DNA of 64,000 nucleotides from an uncultured Bacteroidales bacterium (GTDB lineage: Bacteria > Bacteroidota > Bacteroidia > Bacteroidales > Paludibacteraceae), in the NCBI GenBank assembly GCA_946187695.1, contig CAMHSB010000006.1:4675-68674 (forward strand). Direction: 5' to 3'. Shown here in pieces: positions 57,534 to 64,000 of the stretch. The position numbers and the translations under genes were made by a program. How positions within the stretch are numbered: the first letter of the stretch is position 1; every line of letters starts with the position of its first letter. The notes beneath the pieces are model-generated. The model made no database searches. It was not told where the DNA came from and was given only the letters and a program-made list of their open reading frames with translations.

Positions 57534-59325
57534 ACTCTACTATCCTTTCTACAGCGAACGGCTGTCCCATTATTTCATTATATTGTTCCATTTGAATGTC
57601 GGGAAATTGCGCACGAAGATACGCAGCAAATTGTCCCGTATTGAGTTCGCACACAATAATGCGCTTGTATTGACGCAGTACCTCGCGGGTATTCTTCGGA
57701 AGCGGGCAGATATAATTAAACTGTGCGAGCGCACAACAAAGCTCGTTGGCTGCTGCATGGAGATGCCCCTCCGTACTACCCCAGCCGACCAACAGGGTAT
57801 CGCTTTCCGTATTCCCCTGCACCTTGAGATCGGGAATGCGATCAGCAATCTGTTCGATCTTATGCTTGCGCGCCAGAACCATCACTTCGTGGTTCTCGGG
57901 GTTGGTGGAGATGGTGCCGCGTTGGGCATCGCGCTCCAGACCGATGTTACGGTGCTCAAAGCCTTCCATACCCGGGTACGCCCAATAACGTACGCCACGT
58001 TCGTCCCGCAGCGCCGGATTATACTTGCCCTTCAAGTCCTCCGGCACACTCTGGGGCTGGATCGTCGGCAGTTCACTTAAGGACGGGATACGCCACAACG
58101 CCGTTCCGTTCGCCAGATAGGTATCGGTCATCAGAATCACCGGCGTCATATTTTCCAAGGCGATCTTACACGCCTCGTAGGCAAAATCGAAGCAGTTGGC
58201 GCTACTCGATGCCGCCAGCACCACCGCAGGACACTCACCGTTGCGACCGTAGAGCGCTTGCAGCAGGTCCGTCTGCTCGGTTTTAGTCGGCAGACCTGTA
58301 CTCGGACCGCCACGCTGCACATCGACTACCACCAAGGGCAGTTCGGCCATGACCGCCAGACCGATGGCTTCGGACTTGAGGCTCAGGCCCGGACCGGAAG
58401 TGCTTGTACAAGCCAAGTCACCGGCAAAAGCCGCACCGATCGCCGTACATACACCGGCTATCTCGTCCTCTGCCTGGATAGCCATCACGTTCATATCCTT
58501 ACGCGCAGCCAACTCATGCAGGATATCCGTCGCCGGCGTGATCGGGTACGAACCCAGAAAGAGATGCTTGCCTGCTTTCTGAGCCGCTGCTATCAGTCCC
58601 CATGCTGTTGCCTTATTACCTGCGATAGACGTATAACGACCGTGTGCTTGCGGTTTGTTACCGGCTTCCAAGCGAATCTGATGCACTGAGAGCGCCAGAT
58701 TCTGTCCATAATTGTATCCATCCACCATCACCTTCGTGTTCGGGGCGATGAGGGCGGGTTTCTTCTTGAACTTATCCTCCAGCAAACGGATTGCCTTGTC
58801 CATCGGTTCGTCAAAAAGCCAGTAGATAAGGCCTAAAGCGAACATATTCCGGCATTTGAGCACGGATTTATTGTCCATCTCGCTATCCTTGAGCGCCTCT
58901 TTGGTGAGCGTTGTCAAAGCCATCGGCACGATCTGCACCGTCTCAGGGATGCCTAACTCCGTAAACGGGTTATCCGTCTTATACAGCGCTTTCTCCAAGT
59001 CCTTATCCGTCAGGCTATCCGTATCCACGATGATAATCGCATGCTCATGGAAATGCTTGCTCTGCGCACTCACTTTCAAGGCCGCCGCATTCATCGCCAC
59101 GATCACATCCGCTTTGTCGCCCGGCGTATAGACACCACTACCTATCTGCACCTGAAAACCGCTCACACCGCCGATTGTACCCTGCGGTGCACGGATCTCC
59201 GCCGGGAAATCGGGAAGCGTAGAAATCTCGTGACCCAACTCGGCTCCTAACTGGGCAAACATATTACCAGTCAGCTGCATGCCGTCACCGGAGTCACCAC
59301 AAAATCGAACTACAATACTCTTCAC
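57520..59325 (-). CDS. korA: 2-oxoacid:ferredoxin oxidoreductase, alpha subunit
   Basis: [15 protein letters not shown]-terminus; 601 aa; overlaps the korB start. Confidence 0.85.
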   Translation of the reverse strand: MKSIVVRFCGDSGDGMQLTGNMFAQLGAELGHEISTLPDFPAEIRAPQGTIGGVSGFQVQIGSGVYTPGDKADVIVAMNAAALKVSAQSKHFHEHAIIIVDTDSLTDKDLEKALYKTDNPFTELGIPETVQIVPMALTTLTKEALKDSEMDNKSVLKCRNMFALGLIYWLFDEPMDKAIRLLEDKFKKKPALIAPNTKVMVDGYNYGQNLALSVHQIRLEAGNKPQAHGRYTSIAGNKATAWGLIAAAQKAGKHLFLGSYPITPATDILHELAARKDMNVMAIQAEDEIAGVCTAIGAAFAGDLACTSTSGPGLSLKSEAIGLAVMAELPLVVVDVQRGGPSTGLPTKTEQTDLLQALYGRNGECPAVVLAASSSANCFDFAYEACKIALENMTPVILMTDTYLANGTALWRIPSLSELPTIQPQSVPEDLKGKYNPALRDERGVRYWAYPGMEGFEHRNIGLERDAQRGTISTNPENHEVMVLARKHKIEQIADRIPDLKVQGNTESDTLLVGWGSTEGHLHAAANELCCALAQFNYICPLPKNTREVLRQYKRIIVCELNTGQFAAYLRAQFPDIQMEQYNEIMGQPFAVERIVEYASK

Positions 59326-59391
59326 GTTATAAATATTTGTTAAATTTTGTGCAAAATTACAAAAAAATTTTTATATATGCAAAAAAAGTTG

Positions 59392-59399
59392 TAACTTTG
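59392..59399 (+). promoter_or_regulatory. -7 promoter box (TAACTTTG) for lepA
   Basis: GTTGTAACTTTGTGCCC lies 10 nt before the ATG at 59409. Confidence 0.5.
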
Positions 59400-59408
59400 T
59401 GCCCGATT

Positions 59409-61184
59409 ATGGATAAGATACGTAATTTTTGTATTATTGCGCATATAGACCACGGAAAAAGTACGCTGGCCGATCGTATGTTGGAGCTCACCGGCACGGT
59501 GGACGTTCGGCAGATGGAGAACCAGGTGCTAGACGACATGGACCTCGAAAAAGAGCGCGGTATCACCATCAAAAGTCACGCCATCCAGATGCAGCATAAG
59601 GGTTATACCCTTAACCTCATCGACACGCCGGGGCACGTGGACTTTTCCTACGAGGTGAGCCGTTCTATAGCAGCATGCGAGGGAGCGGTGCTGGTGGTAG
59701 ATGCCACGCAGGGCGTCCAGGCGCAGACGATATCCAATCTCTACATGGCGATTGAGCACGACCTGGAGATCATTCCCGTGCTCAACAAATGCGATATGGA
59801 CAACGCCATGCCCGAACGGGTAGAGGATGAGATAGTGGATTTGTTGGGTTGCAAACGAGAGGAGATTCTGCGTTGCTCTGCCAAAACCGGCGAGGGCGTA
59901 CCGGAGATTCTGGATGCCATCATTGACCGTATTCCTGCGCCAAATGGGGATCCGAACGCTCCGCTGCAGTGTCTGGTATTCGATAGTGTCTTCAATAGTT
60001 TTAGAGGTATCATCGCCTACTTCAAGGTGGTCAACGGTACGATGAAGACCGGTGACCAAGTGCGCTTTGTTAATACAGGCAAGGAGTACGATGCGGACGA
60101 GATCGGTGTGCTTAAACTTGACTTGAGTCCGCGCAAAGAGATCAGCGCCGGGAATGTAGGATATATCATCTCGGGTATCAAGACGAGTACGGAGGTAAAG
60201 GTGGGTGATACGATCACGCATGTAGCCCGCCCGTGCGACAAGGCGATAGATGGTTTCGAAGAAGCGATGCCGATGGTCTTTGCCGGCGTTTATCCGATTG
60301 AGAGTGAGGATTACGAGGATCTGCGGGCATCCCTTGAGAAACTGCAATTGAATGATGCATCCCTCACTTTCCAGCCGGAGAGCTCGATGGCGCTCGGCTT
60401 TGGTTTCCGCTGCGGATTCCTGGGATTGCTCCATATGGAGATTGTACAGGAACGTCTGGATCGCGAGTTCGACATGGACGTGATCACAACGGTACCGAAC
60501 GTATCCTATAACGTCTATACGAAAGACGGCAACCTGGTCGAGGTGCACAACCCTGCCGGCATGCCGGACCTCACGGAGATAGACCGCATTGAAGAACCAT
60601 ACATACGCGCGAGCGTAATCACGACTGCGGAATTTATCGGACCGATCATGACGCTTTGTCTCGGTAAACGCGGCGAGCTTGTTAAGCAGGAGTATATCTC
60701 CGGCAACCGTATGGAGATCCTGTTCGACATGCCACTCGGCGAGATCGTGATCGATTTCTACGACAAACTTAAATCCATCAGTAAAGGCTACGCGTCTTTC
60801 GAATGGCACATGAATGGTTTCAGACCCTCTAACCTCGTGAAACTCGATATCCTGCTCAACGGAGAACAGGTCGATGCGCTCTCTACCCTCACCCACCGTG
60901 ACAATGCCGTGGATTTCGGACGTCGTATGTGCGAGAAACTCAAAGAACTCCTGCCGCGTCAGCAGTTTGATATTGCTATCCAGGCGGCTATCGGTGCAAA
61001 GATCATCGCCCGCGAGACGGTCAAGCAGGTGCGTAAAGATGTCCTTGCCAAGTGCTACGGCGGTGATGTGAGCCGTAAACGCAAACTGCTCGAGAAGCAG
61101 AAACGCGGTAAGAAACGGATGAAGCAGATCGGTAACGTCGAAGTGCCGCAAAAAGCCTTCCTTGCCGTCCTCAAGTTAGATTAA
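59409..61184 (+). CDS. lepA: Elongation factor 4
   Basis: [28 protein letters not shown] and NKCD motifs. Internal Met (MDKIRNF) chosen as the start. Confidence 0.95.
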   Translation: MDKIRNFCIIAHIDHGKSTLADRMLELTGTVDVRQMENQVLDDMDLEKERGITIKSHAIQMQHKGYTLNLIDTPGHVDFSYEVSRSIAACEGAVLVVDATQGVQAQTISNLYMAIEHDLEIIPVLNKCDMDNAMPERVEDEIVDLLGCKREEILRCSAKTGEGVPEILDAIIDRIPAPNGDPNAPLQCLVFDSVFNSFRGIIAYFKVVNGTMKTGDQVRFVNTGKEYDADEIGVLKLDLSPRKEISAGNVGYIISGIKTSTEVKVGDTITHVARPCDKAIDGFEEAMPMVFAGVYPIESEDYEDLRASLEKLQLNDASLTFQPESSMALGFGFRCGFLGLLHMEIVQERLDREFDMDVITTVPNVSYNVYTKDGNLVEVHNPAGMPDLTEIDRIEEPYIRASVITTAEFIGPIMTLCLGKRGELVKQEYISGNRMEILFDMPLGEIVIDFYDKLKSISKGYASFEWHMNGFRPSNLVKLDILLNGEQVDALSTLTHRDNAVDFGRRMCEKLKELLPRQQFDIAIQAAIGAKIIARETVKQVRKDVLAKCYGGDVSRKRKLLEKQKRGKKRMKQIGNVEVPQKAFLAVLKLD

Positions 61185-61224
61185 GCAAAGCAATATAATA
61201 TTCATTTTCATTAATTCAAATGCT

Positions 61225-62571
61225 ATGGAACAATTTGTACATTCGGCATGGTCTTTGATTCCGTTCGGACTCATGCTTCTGATGATTGCTATCGGTCCGC
61301 TGGTAGCAGAACACTGGTGGGAGAAGAACACCAACAAACTCATTGTTTCCCTCTTCCTCGGCGTGCCCGTAGCGGTATGCCTGATCATGGGAGGAATGAT
61401 GCACGAGTTGGAGCACCAGATTTTCTTCGACTACGTGCCGTTCATCATCCTTCTGTTGGCGCTGTTTGTCATCACCGGCGGTATTCATTTCTCGGGTGAC
61501 CTGAAAGCCAAGCCTTGGGTCAACACCGGTTTCTTGGGCTTGGGCTGGATCTTAGCCTCTATCATGGGTACGACGGGCGCAGCCATGCTACTTATCCGTC
61601 CGCTCATCGAGACCAACAAACAGCGTGAATACAAGGTTCACACCATCCTTTTCTTCATCGCTCTGGTAGCCAACTGCGGCGGTCTGCTGACTCCGCTGGG
61701 AGACCCACCCTTGTTCATGCTCTTCCTCCGCGGCGCGCATTTCTCATGGTTCATGCACCTTGCGCCCGAATGGGCGGTTACGGGACTGCTGCTCCTCGGT
61801 ATCTATTTCGCGATGGATACCTATTATTACAAGAAAGAGCACTGGACCTCTCTCTCCGCAGACTCGCGTGAGGCGACTCCGATGGTAATGAAAGGTACTA
61901 TCAATTTCGTATATCTGTTAGGCGTAGTGCTGGCAGTGGCTTTTGTGAACGAAGGAACCATCAAGCAGATGGGTGAAGCAGACGCTCCGCTGTGGCTCAA
62001 ATACCTGCGTGAGATAGTGCTGCTCTCGCTCACAGGTCTCTCGCTCTACACCACCAAGAAAGAGGTGCGTTATGACGACAACAAGTTCAGCTGGACGCCG
62101 ATAGTAGAGGTAGCGGTTCTGTTCCTCGGTATCTTCACGACGATGACCCCTGCCCTCGCCTATCTGAAGGCGCACGCAGCCGACCTCGGTTTCACCCACG
62201 CATGGCAGTTCTATTACTCGACCGGTGCGCTCTCTGCGTTCCTCGATAACACGCCGACAGCGGTTGCCTTCCACGGCGTAGCTTCCGGCCTGCCGGAGTC
62301 GCTTGCTGCCGCTGAAGCCGGTGTCGTAACAGGTATGTTCAACGGCACACCTTTCGTAGCCGGTGTTCCGGAGATACTGCTCAAAGCTATCTCCATCGCG
62401 GCTGTGATGTTCGGCTCACTGACCTATATCGGCAACGGACCTAACTTTATGGTGAAAGCCATCGCAGAGGAGAGCGGAATCAAGATGCCGTCGTTCTTCG
62501 GCTACATGATTAAGTTCAGCTTGATCATCCTGTTGCCGGTTTATATCATCGTTCAACTCCTCTTTATCTAA
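61225..62571 (+). CDS. Polytopic permease of the ArsB/NhaD (Na+/H+ antiporter-like) superfamily
   Basis: 448 aa, ~11-12 TM helices; resembles sodium:proton antiporter genes commonly found after lepA in Bacteroidales. Confidence 0.55.
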   Translation: MEQFVHSAWSLIPFGLMLLMIAIGPLVAEHWWEKNTNKLIVSLFLGVPVAVCLIMGGMMHELEHQIFFDYVPFIILLLALFVITGGIHFSGDLKAKPWVNTGFLGLGWILASIMGTTGAAMLLIRPLIETNKQREYKVHTILFFIALVANCGGLLTPLGDPPLFMLFLRGAHFSWFMHLAPEWAVTGLLLLGIYFAMDTYYYKKEHWTSLSADSREATPMVMKGTINFVYLLGVVLAVAFVNEGTIKQMGEADAPLWLKYLREIVLLSLTGLSLYTTKKEVRYDDNKFSWTPIVEVAVLFLGIFTTMTPALAYLKAHAADLGFTHAWQFYYSTGALSAFLDNTPTAVAFHGVASGLPESLAAAEAGVVTGMFNGTPFVAGVPEILLKAISIAAVMFGSLTYIGNGPNFMVKAIAEESGIKMPSFFGYMIKFSLIILLPVYIIVQLLFI

Positions 62572-63222
62572 ATGAGTCTGGTTGACAATATCATTACGTG
62601 GTACTCGGCGCATATGAACTATGCGTCGATTACCGCGTTGATGGCGGTGGAGAGTTCTTTCATCCCCTTCCCCAGCGAGGTCGTTATCCCGCCAGCCGCT
62701 TTCGTGGCAGGCCAGCCGGACAGTGTCCTTTGCGCAACGGGCAATTATCTGGTAGATGTCCTTCTCATCGTGCTCTTCGGCACGCTCGGGGCCATGATAG
62801 GAGCCATCATTAATTATGGCCTCTCCGTTTGGCTTGGACGTATCATCATCTATAAGTTCGCCGACAGCAAACTCGGGCATCTGTGTCTGCTCTCGAGCGA
62901 GAAGATACAGAAAGCGGAGGAGTACTTCCGCGAGAAAGGCAATGTATCGACCTTCATCGGTCGTTTTATCCCGGGTATCCGTCAGCTTATCTCCATCCCG
63001 GCAGGTCTGAGCCGCATGCATTTTGGTGCGTTCCTCTGGTGGACCTTTTTAGGTGCATTCATCTGGAACTGCATTCTGGCAGCTTTAGGTTATATCGCCG
63101 CCGGACAGATGGACCTTATAAAAGAATACAGCCACGAAATCTCCGTGGCCATACTCATTCTCTGCGGCATTGCTGTCGCCTATTGGGGAATCAAAAAACT
63201 TATTGCTTTAACCAAGCACTAA
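62572..63222 (+). CDS. DedA family membrane protein
   Basis: ALMAVESSFIPFPSEVVIPPAA and FIGRFIPGIRQLISIPAG motifs. Confidence 0.8.
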   Translation: MSLVDNIITWYSAHMNYASITALMAVESSFIPFPSEVVIPPAAFVAGQPDSVLCATGNYLVDVLLIVLFGTLGAMIGAIINYGLSVWLGRIIIYKFADSKLGHLCLLSSEKIQKAEEYFREKGNVSTFIGRFIPGIRQLISIPAGLSRMHFGAFLWWTFLGAFIWNCILAALGYIAAGQMDLIKEYSHEISVAILILCGIAVAYWGIKKLIALTKH

Positions 63223-64000
63223 GCGCTTTGCGCTTCGCTATCATCTGGGACAGTACATAACTGATCACAAAACTGATTATAAAAGCCCAGCACATGGCTT
63301 TCTTGCGGCCCTCCACTTGAACAGGTTCCAAATAGAAATGGTTCTCAAGTACAACAGGAGCGGTCGCAAATTGTATGCGGTTTGCGATGTGCATCAAATG
63401 TTGTTGATGCTTATAGATCTCATTCAGGAACAACTGTACCTTATAATCGCCGTTAATGTTCACCACACCATTCTCACTGACGTGATTTTTTAGCGGATTG
63501 GATACTCCGTTAAAATAATAACAGGAAGTCAAACTATCCAACTTCTTCGCTTGTGCATGATTGAATGCAACTTCTTCCTGCAGCAGTTCAGAATAAGGCT
63601 GATAGGACTTACGCAACGACTCATTACTGTTAAGCGTTTGCATCAGGGCCTCTTCTATCTCAGGTAATTGCTTTATGTCGCTGGCCTTGATATCAAATTG
63701 CAAGCAATAACGGTCGTGCATGCGTACATACAAGGTATCTGCCGGTCTGGAAACCCTTAAATAATCGACATAGTCCTCTCGCTCATCCCCCAACGCATCT
63801 ACCACGTAGTAAGTAGTGAACTGACTAGCTACACCACTTTTCAAATAAGGTTTTATCGCTGCGTCTTCGGGGAGCAAATCAGGCGTATTCAGTACGGCTA
63901 TGGTTTGCTCAAACTGCAAAAGAGAGGATCCGTTAAGAAATGCAATCGCACGAGCATTGTAGATCGGAGTGGTGCATTGGGTGTGGTAATACATCGCGGT
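63200..64000 (-). CDS. Hypothetical membrane-anchored protein, possibly Wzz-like chain-length determinant; may extend beyond the window
   Basis: Open to the window edge. C-terminal TM helix AMCWAFIISFVISYVLSQMI followed by basic residues. No firm motif. Confidence 0.3.
   Translation of the reverse strand, partial: TAMYYHTQCTTPIYNARAIAFLNGSSLLQFEQTIAVLNTPDLLPEDAAIKPYLKSGVASQFTTYYVVDALGDEREDYVDYLRVSRPADTLYVRMHDRYCLQFDIKASDIKQLPEIEEALMQTLNSNESLRKSYQPYSELLQEEVAFNHAQAKKLDSLTSCYYFNGVSNPLKNHVSENGVVNINGDYKVQLFLNEIYKHQQHLMHIANRIQFATAPVVLENHFYLEPVQVEGRKKAMCWAFIISFVISYVLSQMIAKRKALSAWLKQ

Overview
Bacteroidota (Bacteroidales-like) chromosomal segment. The GC-rich housekeeping backbone shows TAnnTTTG -7 promoter boxes and T9SS-type C-terminal sorting tails. 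It carries a cobalamin-riboswitch-controlled TonB receptor operon, capsule export and GDP-fucose genes, queH, tsaD, waaA, hisS, three tandem C10 proteases, tpiA, pyrH, frr, rsgA, korAB and lepA. Two visibly AT-rich accessory islands interrupt it. Island 1 (1 to ~15.3 kb) is the main hit: a tightly packed seven-gene minus-strand operon with the gene content and order of a BREX type 4 core (BrxP PAPS-reductase/DndC-like, BrxC, PglZ, BrxL-like). The operon is extended by an unknown 611-aa first gene and, at its 3' end, a small Zn-ribbon protein translationally coupled to a NifS/DndA-like cysteine desulfurase that runs off the window. Divergently transcribed from it are a frameshifted GIY-YIG-like gene and a DndB-like DGQHR protein. 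Together these suggest a sulfur-dependent (phosphorothioate-like) BREX/Dnd hybrid defence island. This is inference from motifs only. The island ends in mobile-element debris and an unexplained structured GC-rich segment, next to a tRNA-Gly(CCC) gene fused almost directly to a compact RNase P RNA gene. Island 2 (~35.2-38.96 kb) holds a DUF2442-like protein, a lipoprotein, a membrane-anchored agmatine-deiminase-fold enzyme, an 8-copy ~32-bp iteron-like array and 11-nt tandem repeats. A recurring oddity of the backbone is short blocks of 7-8-nt AT-rich tandem repeats that fill intergenic spacers or sit inside coding regions. One such block lies in the signal peptide of a B12-locus lipoprotein and is a candidate phase-variation switch. 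All calls rest on the supplied ORF translations, my own reading of motifs and RNA pairings. No database search was run.
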